Below the pieces are notes generated by a model that did no database searches, had not been told where the DNA came from, and saw nothing but the letters and a program-made list of their open reading frames with translations. Below are positions 1 through 15,000 of a DNA stretch of 64,000 nucleotides, one piece after another. A program made the position numbers and the translations under genes. Origin of the DNA: Balanoglossus misakiensis (taxonomy: Eukaryota > Animalia > Hemichordata). The stretch lies in contig CM082590.2 in NCBI GenBank assembly GCA_040954595.2, positions 2,108,001 to 2,172,000 on the forward strand. Reading direction: 5' to 3'. Numbering within the stretch: position 1 is the first letter of the stretch; every line of letters begins with the position of its first letter.

Positions 1-3000
1 GCAAGGGCCAGACGTACTTATTCTCTGCCCTAGCAAGGGCCAGGGGTACCAATTCTCTGCCCTAGCAAGGGCCAGGGGTACCAATTCTCAGCCCTATCAA
101 GGGCCAGGGTTACTTATTCTCAGCCCTAGCAAGGTCCAGGGGTACTTATTCTCTGCCCTAGCAAGTTCCAGGGGTACCAATTCTCAGCCCTAGCAAGGTC
201 CAGGGGTACCAATTCTCTGCCCTAGCATGGGCCAGGGGTACCAATTCTCTGCCCTAGCAAGGGCCAGGGGTACCAATTCTCTGCCCTAGCAAGGGCCAGG
301 GGTACCAATTATCTGCCCTATCAAGGTCCATGGGTTCTTATTCTCTGCCCTAGCAAGGTTCAGGGGTACCAATTCTCTGCCCTAGCAAGGGCCAGGGGTA
401 CTTATTCTTTGCCCTATCAAGGTCCAGGGGTACCAATTCTCTGCCCTAGCAAGGTCCAGAGGCACTTATTCACTGGCCTATCAAGGTCCATGGGTTCTTA
501 TTGTCTGCCCTAGCAAGGTCCAGGGGTACCAATTCTCTGCCCTAGCAAGGGCCAGGCTTACTTGTTCTCTGCCCTAGCAAGGGCCAGTGGTACTTATTCT
601 CTGCCCTAGCAAGGGCCAGGGGTACTTATTCTCTGCCCTATCAAGGTCCATGGGTTCTTATTCTCAGCCCTAGCAAGGTCCAGGGGTACCAATTCTCTGC
701 CCTATCAAGGTCCATGGGTTCTTATTCTCTGCCCTAGCAAGGTCCAGGGGTACCAATTCTCTGCCCTAGCAAGGGCCAGTGGTACTTATTCTCTGCCCTA
801 GCAAGGGCCAGTGGTACTTATTCTCTGCCCTAACAAGGGCCAGGGGTACTTATTCTCTGCCCTATCAAGGTCCAGGGGTACTTATTCTCTGCCCTAGCAA
901 GGGCCAGGGGTACCAATTCTCTGCCATAGCAAGGTCCAGGGGTACCAATTCTCTGCCCTAGCAAGGGCCAGGGGTACTTATTCTCTGCCCTATCAAGGTC
1001 CAGGGGTACCAATTCTCTGCCCTAGCAAGGTCCAGAGGCACTTATTCACTGGCCCATCAAGGTCCATGGGTTCTTATTCTCTGCCCTAGCAAGGTCCAGG
1101 GGTACCAATTCTCAGCCCTAGCAAGGGCCAGGGGTACTTATTCTCTGCCCTAGCAAGGGCCAGGGGTACCAATTCTCTGCCCTAGCAAGGGCCAGGGGTA
1201 CCAATTCTCTGCCCTAGCAAGGTCCAGGGGTACTTATTCTCTGCCCTAGCAAGGGCCAGGGGTACCAATTCTCTGCCCTAGCAAGGGCCAGGGGTACTTA
1301 TTCTCTGCCCTAGCAAGGGCCAGGGGTATTAATTCTCTGCCCTATCAAGGTCCACGGGTTCTTATTCTCTGCCCTAGCAAGGGCCAGGGGTACCAATTCT
1401 CTGCCCTAGCAAGGGCCAGGGGTACCAATTCTCTGCCCTATCAAGGGCCAGGGGTACCAATTCTCTGCCCTATCAAGGTCCAGGGGTACCAATTCTCTGC
1501 CCTAGCAAGGTCCAGAGGCACTTATTCACTGGCCTATCAAGGTCCATGGGTTCTTATTCTCTGCCCTAGCAAGGTCCAGGGGTACCAATTCTCTGCCCTA
1601 GCAAGGGCCAGGGGTACCAATTCTCTGCCCTATCAAGGTCCAGGGGTACTTATTCTCTGCCCTAGCAAGGTCCAGGGGTACCAATTCTCAGCTCTAGCAA
1701 GGTCCAGGGGTACCAATTCTCTGCCCTAGCAAGGGCCAGGGGTACCAATTCTCTGCCCTAGCAAGGTCCAGGGGTACTTATTCTCTGCCCTAGCAAGGGC
1801 CAGGGGTACCAATTCTCTGCCCTAGCAAGGGCCAGGGGTACTTATTCTCTGCCCTATCAAGGTCCATGGGTTCTTATTCTCTGCCCTAGCAAGGGCCAGG
1901 GGTACCAATTCTCTGCCCTAGCAAGGGCCAGGGGTACCAATTCTCTGCCCTATCAAGGTCCATGGGTTCTTATTCTCTGCCCTAGCAAGGGCCAGGGGTA
2001 CCAATTCTCTGCCCTAGCAAGGGCCAGGGGTACTTATTCTCTGCCCTAGCAAGGGCCAGGGGTACCAATTCTCTGCCCTAGCAAGGGCCAGGGGTACCAA
2101 TTCTCAGCCCTATCAAGGGCCAGGGGTACTTATTCTCAGCCCTAGCAAGGTCCAGGGGTACTTATTCTCTGCCCTAGCAAGGTCCAGGGGTACCAATTCT
2201 CAGCCCTAGCAAGGTCCAGGGGTACCAATTCTCTGCCCTAGCAAGGGCCAGGGGTACCAATTCTCTGCCCTAGCAAGGGCCAGGGGTACCAATTCTCTGC
2301 CCTAGCAAGGGCCAGGGGTTCTTATTCTCTGCCCTAGCAAGGGCCAGGGGTACCAATTCTCTGCCCTAGCAAGGGCCAGGGGTACCAATTCTCTGCCCTA
2401 GCAAGGGCCAGGGGTACCAATTCTCTGCCCTAGCAAGGGCCAGGGGTACCAATTCTCTGCCCTATCAAGGTCCATGGGTACTTATTCTCTGCCCTAGCTA
2501 GGGCCATGGGTACCAATTCTCTGCCCTAGCAAGGGCCAGGGGTACCAATTCTCTGCCCTATCAAGGTCCAGGGGTACCAATTCTCTGCCCTAGCAAGGTC
2601 CAGAGGCACTTATTCACTGGCCTATCAAGGTCCATGGGTTCTTATTCTCTGCCCTAGCAAGGTCCAGGGGTACCAATTCTCTGCCCTAGCAAGGGCCAGG
2701 GGTACTTATTCTCTGCCCTAGCAAGGGCCAGGGGTACCAATTCTCTGCCCTAGCAAGGGCCAGGGGTACTTATTCTCTGCCCTATCAAGGTCCATGGGTT
2801 CTTATTCTCTGCCCTAGCAAGGTCCAGGGGTACCAATTCTCTGCCCTATCAAGGTCCATGGGTTCTTATTCTCTGCCCTAGCAAGGTCCAGGGGTACCAA
2901 TTCTCTGCCCTTGCAAGGTCCAGGGGTACTTATTCTCTGCCCTAGCAAGGGCCAGGGGTACCAATTCTCTGCCCTAGCAAGGGCCAGGGGTACTTATTCT

Positions 3001-6000
3001 CTGCCCTATCAAGGTCCATGGGTTCTTATTCTCTGCCCTAGCAAGGGCCAGGGGTACCAATTCTCTGCCCTAGCAAGGGCCAGGGGTACCAATTCTCTGC
3101 CCTATCAAGGTCCATGGGTTCTTATTCTCTGCCCTAGCAACGGCCAGGGGTACCAATTCTCTGCCCTAGCAAGGGCCAGGGGTACTTATTCTCTGCCCTA
3201 GCAAGGGCCAGGGGTACCAATTCTCTGCCCTAGCAAGGGCCAGGGGTACCAATTCTCAGCCCTATCAAGGGCCAGGGGTACTTATTCTCAGCCCTAGCAA
3301 GGTCCAGGGGTACTTATTCTCTGCCCTAGCAAGGTCCAGGGGTACCAATTCTCAGCCCTAGCAAGGGCCAGGGGTACTTATTCTCTGCCCTAGCAAGGGC
3401 CAGGGGTACCAATTCTCTGCCCTAGCAAGGGCCAGGGGTACCAATTCTCTGCCCTAGCAAGGGCCAGGGGTACCAATTCTCTGCCCTATCAAGGTCCATG
3501 GGTACTTATTCTCTGCCCTAGCAAGGGCCAGGGGTACCAATTCTCTGCCCTAGCAAGGGCCAGGGGTACCAATTCTCTGCCCTATCAAGGTCCAGGGGTA
3601 CCAATTCTCTGCCCTAGCAAGGTCCAGAGGCACTTATTCACTGGCCTATCAAGGTCCATGGGTTCTTATTCTCTGCCCTAGCAAGGTCCAGGGGTACCAA
3701 TTCTCTGCCCTAGCAAGGGCCAGGGGTACTTATTCTCTGCCCTAGCAAGGGCCAGGGGTACCAATTCTCTGCCCTAGCAAGGGCCAGGGGTACTTATTCT
3801 CTGCCCTAGCAAGGGCCAGGGGTACCAATTCTCTGCCCTAGCAAGGGCCAGGGGTACTTATTCTCTGCCCTATCAAGGTCCATGGGTTCTTATTCTCTGC
3901 CCTAGCAAGGTCCAGGGGTACCAATTCTCTGCCCTATCAAGGTCCATGGGTTCTTATTCTCTGCCCTAGCAAGGTCCAGGGGTACCAATTCTCTGCCCTA
4001 GCAAGGTCCAGGGGTACTTATTCTCTGCCCTAGCAAGGGCCAGGGGTACCAATTCTCTGCCCTAGCAAGGGCCAGGGGTACCAATTCTCTGCCCTAGCAA
4101 GGGCCAGGGGTACCAATTCTCTGCCCTATCAAGGTCCATGGGTTCTTATTCTCTGCCCTAGCAAGGGCCAGGGGTACCAATTCTCTGCCCTAGCAAGGGC
4201 CAGGGGTACTTATTCTCTGCCCTAGCAAGGGCCAGGGGTACCAATTCTCTGCCCTAGCAAGGGCCAGGGGTACCAATTCTCAGCCCTATCAAGGGCCAGG
4301 GGTACTTATTCTCAGCCCTAGCAAGGTCCAGGGGTACTTATTCTCTGCCCTAGCAAGGTCCAGGGGTACCAATTCTCTGCCCTAGCAAGGGCCAGGGGTA
4401 CCAATTCTCTGCCCTAGCAAGGGCCAGGGGTACCAATTCTCTGCCCTAGCAAGGGCCAGGGGTTCTTATTCTCTGCCCTAGCAAGGGCCAGGGGTACCAA
4501 TTCTCTGCCCTAGCAAGGGCCAGGGGTACCAATTCTCTGCCCTAGCAAGGGCCAGGGGTACCAATTCTCTGCCCTAGCAAGGGCCAGGGGTACCAATTCT
4601 CTGCCCTATCAAGGTCCATGGGTACTTATTCTCTGCCCTAGCAAGGGCCATGGGTACCAATTCTCTGCCCTAGCAAGGGCCAGGGGTACCAATTCTCTGC
4701 CCTATCAAGGTCCAGGGGTACCAATTCTCTGCCCTAGCAAGGTCCAGAGGCACTTATTCACTGGCCTATCAAGGTCCATGGGTTCTTATTCTCTGCCCTA
4801 GCAAGGTCCAGGGGTACCAATTCTCTGCCCTAGCAAGGGCCAGGGGTACTTATTCTCTGCCCTAGCAAGGGCCAGGGGTACCAATTCTCTGCCCTAGCAA
4901 GGGCCAGGGGTACTTATTCTCTGCCCTATCAAGGTCCATGGGTTCTTATTCTCTGCCCTAGCAAGGTCCAGGGGTACCAATTCTCTGCCCTATCAAGGTC
5001 CATGGGTTCTTATTCTCTGCCCTAGCAAGGTCCAGGGGTACTTATTCTCTGCCCTAGCAAGGTCCAGGGGTACTTATTCTCTGCCCTAGCAAGGGCCAGG
5101 GGTACCAATTCTCTGCCCTAGCAAGGGCCAGGGGTACTTATTCTCTGCCCTATCAAGGTCCATGGGTTCTTATTCTCTGCCCTAGCAAGGGCCAGGGGTA
5201 CCAATTCTCTGCCCTAGCAAGGGCCAGGGGTACCAATTCTCTGCCCTATCAAGGTCCATGGGTTCTTATTCTCTGCCCTAGCAAGGTTCAGGGGTACCAA
5301 TTCTCTGCCCTAGCAAGGGCCAGGGGTACTTATTCTTTGCCCTATCAAGGTCCAGGGGTACCAATTCTCTGTCCTAGCAAGGTCCAGAGGCACTTATTCA
5401 CTGGCCTATCAAGGTCCATGGGTTCTTATTGTCTGCCCTAGCAAGGTCCAGGGGTACCAATTCTCTGCCCTAGCAAGGGCCAGGCGTACTTATTCTCTGC
5501 CCTAGCAAGGGCCAGTGGTACTTATTCTCTGCCCTAGCAAGGGCCAGGGGTACTTATTCTCTGCCCTATCAAGGTCCATGGGTTCTTATTCTCTGCCCTA
5601 GCAAGGGCCAGGGGTACCAATTCTCTGCCCTAGCAAGGGCCAGGGGTACCAATTCTCTGCCCTAGCAAGGGCCAGGGGTACCAATTCTCTGCCCTAGCAA
5701 GGGCCAGGGGTACCAATTCTCTGCCCTAGCAAGGTCCAGGGGTACTTATTCTCTGCCCTAGCAAGGTCCAGGGGTACCAATTCTCTGCCCTATCAAGGGC
5801 CAGGGGTACTTATTCTCTGCCCTAGCAAGGGCAAGTGGTACCAATTCTCTGCCCTAGCAAGGGCCAGGGGTACCAATTCTCTGCCCTAGCAAGGGCCAGG
5901 GGTACCAATTCTCTGCCCTAGCAAGGGCCAGGGGTACCAATTCTCTGCCCTAGCAAGGGCCAGGGGTACTTATTCTCTGCCCTATCAAGGTCCATGGGTT

Positions 6001-9000
6001 CTTATTCTCTGCCCTAGCAAGGGCCAGGGGTACCAATTCTCTGCCCTAGCAAGGGCCAGGGGTACCAATTCTCTGCCCTAGCAAGGTCCAGGGGTACTTA
6101 TTCTCTGCCCTATCAAGGTCCATGGGTTCTTATTTTCTGCCCTGGCAAGGTCCATGGGTTCTTATTCTCTGCCCTAGCAAGGTCCAGGGGTACCAATTCT
6201 CTGCCCTAGCAAGGTCCAGGGGTACTTATTCTCTGCCCTATCAAGGTCCATGGGTTCTTATTCTCTGCCCTAGCAAGGTCCAGGGGTACCAATTCTCTGC
6301 CCTATCAAGGTCCATGGGTTCTTATTCTCTGCCCTAGCAAGGTCCAGGGGTACCAATTCTCTGCCCTAGCAAGGGCCAGGGGTACTTATTCTCTGCCCTA
6401 GCAAGGGCCAGGGGTACCAATTCTCTGCCCTAGCAAGGGCCAGGGGTACCAATTCTCTGCCCTAGCAAGGGCCAGGGGAACCAATTCTCTGCCCTAGCAA
6501 GGGCCAGGGATACTTATTCTCTGCCCTAGCAAGGTTCAGGGGTACCAATTCTCTGCCCTAGCAAGGGCCAGGGGTACTTATTCTTTGCCCTATCAAGGTC
6601 CAGGGGTACCAATTCTCTGTCCTAGCAAGGTCCAGAGGCACTTATTCACTGGCCTATCAAGGTCCATGGGTTCTTATTGTCTGCCCTAGCAAGGTCCAGG
6701 GGTACCAATTCTCTGCCCTAGCAAGGGCCAGGCGTACTTATTCTCTGCCCTAGCAAGGGCCAGTGGTACTTATTCTCTGCCCTAGCAAGGGCCAGGGGTA
6801 CTTATTCTCTGCCCTATCAAGGTCCATGGGTTCTTATTCTCTGCCCTAGCAAGGGCCAGGGGTACCAATTCTCTGCCCTAGCAAGGGCCAGGGGTACCAA
6901 TTCTCTGCCCTAGCAAGGGCCAGGGGTACCAATTCTCTGCCCTAGCAAGGGCCAGGGGTACCAATTCTCTGCCCTAGCAAGGTCCAGGGGTACTTATTCT
7001 CTGCCCTAGCAAGGTCCAGGGGTACCAATTCTCTGCCCTATCAAGGGCCAGGGGTACTTATTCTCTGCCCTAGCAAGGGCAAGTGGTACCAATTCTCTGC
7101 CCTAGCAAGGGCCAGGGGTACCAATTCTCTGCCCTAGCAAGGGCCAGGGGTACCAATTCTCTGCCCTAGCAAGGGCCAGGGGTACCAATTCTCTGCCCTA
7201 GCAAGGGCCAGGGGTACTTATTCTCTGCCCTATCAAGGTCCATGGGTTCTTATTCTCTGCCCTAGCAAGGGCCAGGGGTACCAATTCTCTGCCCTAGCAA
7301 GGGCCAGGGGTACCAATTCTCTGCCCTAGCAAGGTCCAGGGGTACTTATTCTCTGCCCTATCAAGGTCCATGGGTTCTTATTTTCTGCCCTGGCAAGGTC
7401 CATGGGTTCTTATTCTCTGCCCTAGCAAGGTCCAGGGGTACCAATTCTCTGCCCTAGCAAGGTCCAGGGGTACTTATTCTCTGCCCTATCAAGGTCCATG
7501 GGTTCTTATTCTCTGCCCTAGCAAGGTCCAGGGGTACCAATTCTCTGCCCTATCAAGGTCCATGGGTTCTTATTCTCTGCCCTAGCAAGGTCCAGGGGTA
7601 CCAATTCTCTGCCCTAGCAAGGGCCAGGGGTACTTATTCTCTGCCCTAGCAAGGGCCAGGGGTACCAATTCTCTGCCCTAGCAAGGGCCAGGGGTACCAA
7701 TTCTCTGCCCTAGCAAGGGCCAGGGGAACCAATTCTCTGCCCTAGCAAGGGCCAGGGATACTTATTCTCTGCCCTAGCAAGGGCCAGGGGTACTTATTCT
7801 CTGCCCTAACAAGGGCCAGGGGTACTTATTCTCTGCCCTAGCAAGGGCCAGGGGTACTTATTCTCTGCCCTAGCAAGGGCCAGGGGTACCAATTCTCTGC
7901 CCTAGCAAGGGCCAGGGGTACCAATTCTCTGCCCTAGCAAGGGCCAGGGGTACCAATTCTCTGCCCTAGCTAGGGCCAGGGGTACCAATTCTCTGCCCTA
8001 GCAAGGGCCAGGGGTACCAATTCTCTGCCATATCAAGGTCCATGGGTTCTTATTCTCTGCCCTAGCAAGGGCCAGTGGTACCAATTCTCTGCCCTAGCAA
8101 GGGCCAGGGGTACCAATTCTCAGCCCTAGCAAGGTCCAGGGGTACCAATTCTCTGCCCTAGCAAGGGCCAGGGGTACCAATTCTCTGCCCTAGCAAGGGC
8201 CAGGGGTACCAATTCTCTGCCCTAGCAAGGGCCAGGGGTACCAATTCTCTGCCCTAGCTAGGGCCAGGGGTACCAATTCTCTGCCCTAGCAAGGGCCAGG
8301 GGTACCAATTCTCTGCCATATCAAGGTCCATGGGTTCTTATTCTCTGCCCTAGCAAGGGCCAGTGGTACCAATTCTCTGCCCTAGCAAGGGCCAGGGGTA
8401 CCAATTCTCAGCCCTAGCAAGGTCCAGGGGTACCAATTCTCTGCCCTAGCAAGGGCCAGGGGTACCAATTCCCTGCCCTAGCAAGGGCCAGGGGTATTTA
8501 TTCTCTGCCCTAGCAAGGTCCAGGGGTACCAATTCTCAGCCCTTGCAAGGTCCAGGGGTACCAATTCTCTGCCCTAGCAAGGTCCAGGGGTACTTATTCT
8601 CTGCCCTATCAAGGTCCATGGGTTCTTATTCTCTGCCCTAGCAAGGTCCAGGGGTACCAATTCCCTGCCCTAGCAAGGGCCAGGGGTATTTATTCTCTGC
8701 CCTAGCAAGGGCCAGGGGTACCAATTCTCTGCCCTAGCAAGGGCCAGGGGTACCAATTCTCTGCCCTATCAAGGTCCATGGGTTCTTATTCTCTGCCCTA
8801 GCAAGGGCCAGGGGTACCAATTCTCTGCCCTATCAAGGTCCACGGGTTCTAATTCTCTGCCCTAGCAAGGGCCAGGGGTACCAATTCTCTGCCCTAGCAA
8901 GGGCCAGGGGTACTTATTCTCTGCCCTAGCAAGGGCCAGGGGTACCAATTCTCTGCCCTAGCAAGGGCCAGGGGTACCAATTCTCAGCCCTAGCAAGGGC

Positions 9001-12000
9001 CAGGGGTACTTATTCTCAGCCCTAGCAAGGTCCAGGGGTACTTATTCTCTGCCCTAGCAAGGTCCAGGGGTACCAAATCTCAGCCCTAGCAAGGTCCAGG
9101 GGTACCAATTCTCTGCCCTAGCAAGGGCCAGGGGTACTAATTCTCTGCCCTAGCAAGGGCCAGGGGTACTTATTCTCTGCCCTATCAAGGTCCATGGGTT
9201 CTTATTCTCTGCCCTAGCAAGGTCCAGGGGTACCAATTCTCTGCCCTTGCAAGGTCCAGGGGTACTTATTCTCTGCCCTAGCAAGGGCCAGGGGTACCAA
9301 TTCTCTGCCCTAGCAAGGGCCAGGGGTACTTATTCTCTGCCCTATCAAGGTCCATGGGTTCTTATTCTCTGCCCTAGCAAGGGCCAGGGGTACCAATTCT
9401 CTGCCCTAGCAAGGGCCAGGGGTACCAATTCTCTGCCCTATCAAGGTCCAGGGGTACTTATTCTCTGCCCTATCAAGGTCCACGGGTTCTAATTCTCTGC
9501 CCTAGCAAGGGCCAGGGGTACCAATTCTCTGCCCTAGCAAGGGCCAGGGGTACTTATTCTCTGCCCTAGCAAGGGCCAGGGGTACCAATTCTCTGCCCTA
9601 GCAAGGGCCAGGGGTACCAATTCTCAGCCCTAGCAAGGGCCAGGGGTACTTATTCTCAGCCCTAGCAAGGTCCAGGGGTACTTATTCTCTGCCCTAGCAA
9701 GGTCCAGGGGTACCAAATCTCAGCCCTAGCAAGGTCCAGGGGTACCAATTCTCTGCCCTAGCAAGGGCCAGGGGTACTAATTCTCTGCCCTAGCAAGGGC
9801 CAGGGGTACTTATTCTCTGCCCTATCAAGGTCCATGGGTTCTTATTCTCTGCCCTAGCAAGGTCCAGGGGTACCAATTCTCTGCCCTTGCAAGGTCCAGG
9901 GGTACTTATTCTCTGCCCTAGCAAGGGCCAGGGGTACCAATTCTCTGCCCTAGCAAGGGCCAGGGGTACTTATTCTCTGCCCTATCAAGGTCCATGGGTT
10001 CTTATTCTCTGCCCTAGCAAGGGCCAGGGGTACCAATTCTCTGCCCTAGCAAGGGCCAGGGGTACCAATTCTCTGCCCTATCAAGGTCCATGGGTTCTTA
10101 TTCTCTGCCCTAGCAACGGCCAGGGGTACCAATTCTCTGCCCTAGCAAGGGCCAGGGGTACTTATTCTCTGCCCTAGCAAGGGCCAGGGGTACCAATTCT
10201 CTGCCCTAGCAAGGGCCAGGGGTACCAATTCTCAGCCCTATCAAGGGCCAGGGGTACTTATTCTCAGCCCTAGCAAGGTCCAGGGGTACTTATTCTCTGC
10301 CCTAGCAAGGTCCAGGGGTACCAATTCTCAGCCCTAGCAAGGGCCAGGGGTACTTATTCTCTGCCCTAGCAAGGGCCAGGGGTACCAATTCTCTGCCCTA
10401 GCAAGGGCCAGGGGTACCAATTCTCTGCCCTAGCAAGGGCCAGGGGTACCAATTCTCTGCCCTATCAAGGTCCATGGGTACTTATTCTCTGCCCTAGCAA
10501 GGGCCAGGGGTACCAATTCTCTGCCCTAGCAAGGGCCAGGGGTACCAATTCTCTGCCCTATCAAGGTCCAGGGGTACCAATTCTCTGCCCTAGCAAGGTC
10601 CAGAGGCACTTATTCACTGGCCTATCAAGGTCCATGGGTTCTTATTCTCTGCCCTAGCAAGGTCCAGGGGTACCAATTCTCTGCCCTAGCAAGGGCCAGG
10701 GGTACTTATTCTCTGCCCTAGCAAGGGCCAGGGGTACCAATTCTCTGCCCTAGCAAGGGCCAGGGGTACTTATTCTCTGCCCTAGCAAGGGCCAGGGGTA
10801 CCAATTCTCTGCCCTAGCAAGGGCCAGGGGTACTTATTCTCTGCCCTATCAAGGTCCATGGGTTCTTATTCTCTGCCCTAGCAAGGTCCAGGGGTACCAA
10901 TTCTCTGCCCTATCAAGGTCCATGGGTTCTTATTCTCTGCCCTAGCAAGGTCCAGGGGTACCAATTCTCTGCCCTAGCAAGGTCCAGGGGTACTTATTCT
11001 CTGCCCTAGCAAGGGCCAGGGGTACCAATTCTCTGCCCTAGCAAGGGCCAGGGGTACCAATTCTCTGCCCTAGCAAGGGCCAGGGGTACCAATTCTCTGC
11101 CCTATCAAGGTCCATGGGTTCTTATTCTCTGCCCTAGCAAGGGCCAGGGGTACCAATTCTCTGCCCTAGCAAGGGCCAGGGGTACTTATTCTCTGCCCTA
11201 GCAAGGGCCAGGGGTACCAATTCTCTGCCCTAGCAAGGGCCAGGGGTACCAATTCTCAGCCCTATCAAGGGCCAGGGGTACTTATTCTCAGCCCTAGCAA
11301 GGTCCAGGGGTACTTATTCTCTGCCCTAGCAAGGTCCAGGGGTACCAATTCTCTGCCCTAGCAAGGGCCAGGGGTACCAATTCTCTGCCCTAGCAAGGGC
11401 CAGGGGTACCAATTCTCTGCCCTAGCAAGGGCCAGGGGTTCTTATTCTCTGCCCTAGCAAGGGCCAGGGGTACCAATTCTCTGCCCTAGCAAGGGCCAGG
11501 GGTACCAATTCTCTGCCCTAGCAAGGGCCAGGGGTACCAATTCTCTGCCCTATCAAGGTCCATGGGTTCTTATTCTCTGCCCTAGCAAGGGCCAGGGGTA
11601 CCAATTCTCTGCCCTATCAAGGTCCACGGGTTCTAATTCTCTGCCCTAGCAAGGGCCAGGGGTACCAATTCTCTGCCCTAGCAAGGGCCAGGGGTACTTA
11701 TTCTCTGCCCTAGCAAGGGCCAGGGGTACCAATTCTCTGCCCTAGCAAGGGCCAGGGGTACCAATTCTCAGCCCTAGCAAGGGCCAGGGGTACTTATTCT
11801 CAGCCCTAGCAAGGTCCAGGGGTACTTATTCTCTGCCCTAGCAAGGTCCAGGGGTACCAAATCTCAGCCCTAGCAAGGTCCAGGGGTACCAATTCTCTGC
11901 CCTAGCAAGGGCCAGGGGTACTAATTCTCTGCCCTAGCAAGGGCCAGGGGTACTTATTCTCTGCCCTATCAAGGTCCATGGGTTCTTATTCTCTGCCCTA

Positions 12001-15000
12001 GCAAGGTCCAGGGGTACCAATTCTCTGCCCTTGCAAGGTCCAGGGGTACTTATTCTCTGCCCTAGCAAGGGCCAGGGGTACCAATTCTCTGCCCTAGCAA
12101 GGGCCAGGGGTACTTATTCTCTGCCCTATCAAGGTCCATGGGTTCTTATTCTCTGCCCTAGCAAGGGCCAGGGGTACCAATTCTCTGCCCTAGCAAGGGC
12201 CAGGGGTACCAATTCTCTGCCCTATCAAGGTCCATGGGTTCTTATTCTCTGCCCTAGCAACGGCCAGGGGTACCAATTCTCTGCCCTAGCAAGGGCCAGG
12301 GGTACTTATTCTCTGCCCTAGCAAGGGCCAGGGGTACCAATTCTCTGCCCTAGCAAGGGCCAGGGGTACCAATTCTCAGCCCTATCAAGGGCCAGGGGTA
12401 CTTATTCTCAGCCCTAGCAAGGTCCAGGGGTACTTATTCTCTGCCCTAGCAAGGTCCAGGGGTACCAATTCTCAGCCCTAGCAAGGGCCAGGGGTACTTA
12501 TTCTCTGCCCTAGCAAGGGCCAGGGGTACCAATTCTCTGCCCTAGCAAGGGCCAGGGGTACCAATTCTCTGCCCTAGCAAGGGCCAGGGGTACCAATTCT
12601 CTGCCCTATCAAGGTCCATGGGTACTTATTCTCTGCCCTAGCAAGGGCCAGGGGTACCAATTCTCTGCCCTAGCAAGGGCCAGGGGTACCAATTCTCTGC
12701 CCTATCAAGGTCCAGGGGTACCAATTCTCTGCCCTAGCAAGGTCCAGAGGCACTTATTCACTGGCCTATCAAGGTCCATGGGTTCTTATTCTCTGCCCTA
12801 GCAAGGTCCAGGGGTACCAATTCTCTGCCCTAGCAAGGGCCAGGGGTACTTATTCTCTGCCCTAGCAAGGGCCAGGGGTACCAATTCTCTGCCCTAGCAA
12901 GGGCCAGGGGTACTTATTCTCTGCCCTAGCAAGGGCCAGGGGTACCAATTCTCTGCCCTAGCAAGGGCCAGGGGTACTTATTCTCTGCCCTATCAAGGTC
13001 CATGGGTTCTTATTCTCTGCCCTAGCAAGGTCCAGGGGTACCAATTCTCTGCCCTATCAAGGTCCATGGGTTCTTATTCTCTGCCCTAGCAAGGTCCAGG
13101 GGTACCAATTCTCTGCCCTAGCAAGGTCCAGGGGTACTTATTCTCTGCCCTAGCAAGGGCCAGGGGTACCAATTCTCTGCCCTAGCAAGGGCCAGGGGTA
13201 CCAATTCTCTGCCCTAGCAAGGGCCAGGGGTACCAATTCTCTGCCCTATCAAGGTCCATGGGTTCTTATTCTCTGCCCTAGCAAGGGCCAGGGGTACCAA
13301 TTCTCTGCCCTAGCAAGGGCCAGGGGTACTTATTCTCTGCCCTAGCAAGGGCCAGGGGTACCAATTCTCTGCCCTAGCAAGGGCCAGGGGTACCAATTCT
13401 CAGCCCTATCAAGGGCCAGGGGTACTTATTCTCAGCCCTAGCAAGGTCCAGGGGTACTTATTCTCTGCCCTAGCAAGGTCCAGGGGTACCAATTCTCTGC
13501 CCTAGCAAGGGCCAGGGGTACCAATTCTCTGCCCTAGCAAGGGCCAGGGGTACCAATTCTCTGCCCTAGCAAGGGCCAGGGGTTCTTATTCTCTGCCCTA
13601 GCAAGGGCCAGGGGTACCAATTCTCTGCCCTAGCAAGGGCCAGGGGTACCAATTCTCTGCCCTAGCAAGGGCCAGGGGTACCAATTCTCTGCCCTAGCAA
13701 GGGCCAGGGGTACCAATTCTCTGCCCTATCAAGGTCCATGGGTACTTATTCTCTGCCCTAGCAAGGGCCATGGGTACCAATTCTCTGCCCTAGCAAGGGC
13801 CAGGGGTACCAATTCTCTGCCCTATCAAGGTCCAGGGGTACCAATTCTCTGCCCTAGCAAGGTCCAGAGGCACTTATTCACTGGCCTATCAAGGTCCATG
13901 GGTTCTTATTCTCTGCCCTAGCAAGGTCCAGGGGTACCAATTCTCTGCCCTAGCAAGGGCCAGGGGTACTTATTCTCTGCCCTAGCAAGGGCCAGGGGTA
14001 CCAATTCTCTGCCCTAGCAAGGGCCAGGGGTACTTATTCTCTGCCCTATCAAGGTCCATGGGTTCTTATTCTCTGCCCTAGCAAGGTCCAGGGGTACCAA
14101 TTCTCTGCCCTATCAAGGTCCATGGGTTCTTATTCTCTGCCCTAGCAAGGTCCAGGGGTACCAATTCTCTGCCCTAGCAAGGTCCAGGGGTACTTATTCT
14201 CTGCCCTAGCAAGGGCCAGGGGTACCAATTCTCTGCCCTAGCAAGGGCCAGGGGTACTTATTCTCTGCCCTATCAAGGTCCATGGGTTCTTATTCTCTGC
14301 CCTAGCAAGGGCCAGGGGTACCAATTCTCTGCCCTAGCAAGGGCCAGGGGTACCAATTCTCTGCCCTATCAAGGTCCATGGGTTCTTATTCTCTGCCCTA
14401 GCAAGGTTCAGGGGTACCAATTCTCTGCCCTAGCAAGGGCCAGGGGTACTTATTCTTTGCCCTATCAAGGTCCAGGGGTACCAATTCTCTGTCCTAGCAA
14501 GGTCCAGAGGCACTTATTCACTGGCCTATCAAGGTCCATGGGTTCTTATTGTCTGCCCTAGCAAGGTCCAGGGGTACCAATTCTCTGCCCTAGCAAGGGC
14601 CAGGCGTACTTATTCTCTGCCCTAGCAATGGCCAGTGGTACTTATTCTCTGCCCTAGCAAGGGCCAGGGGTACTTATTCTCTGCCCTATCAAGGTCCATG
14701 GGTTCTTATTCTCTGCCCTAGCAAGGGCCAGGGGTACCAATTCTCTGCCCTAGCAAGGGCCAGGGGTACCAATTCTCTGCCCTAGCAAGGGCCAGGGGTA
14801 CCAATTCTCTGCCCTAGCAAGGGCCAGGGGTACCAATTCTCTGCCCTAGCAAGGTCCAGGGGTACTTATTCTCTGCCCTAGCAAGGTCCAGGGGTACCAA
14901 TTCTCTGCCCTATCAAGGGCCAGGGGTACTTATTCTCTGCCCTAGCAAGGGCAAGTGGTACCAATTCTCTGCCCTAGCAAGGGCCAGGGGTACCAATTCT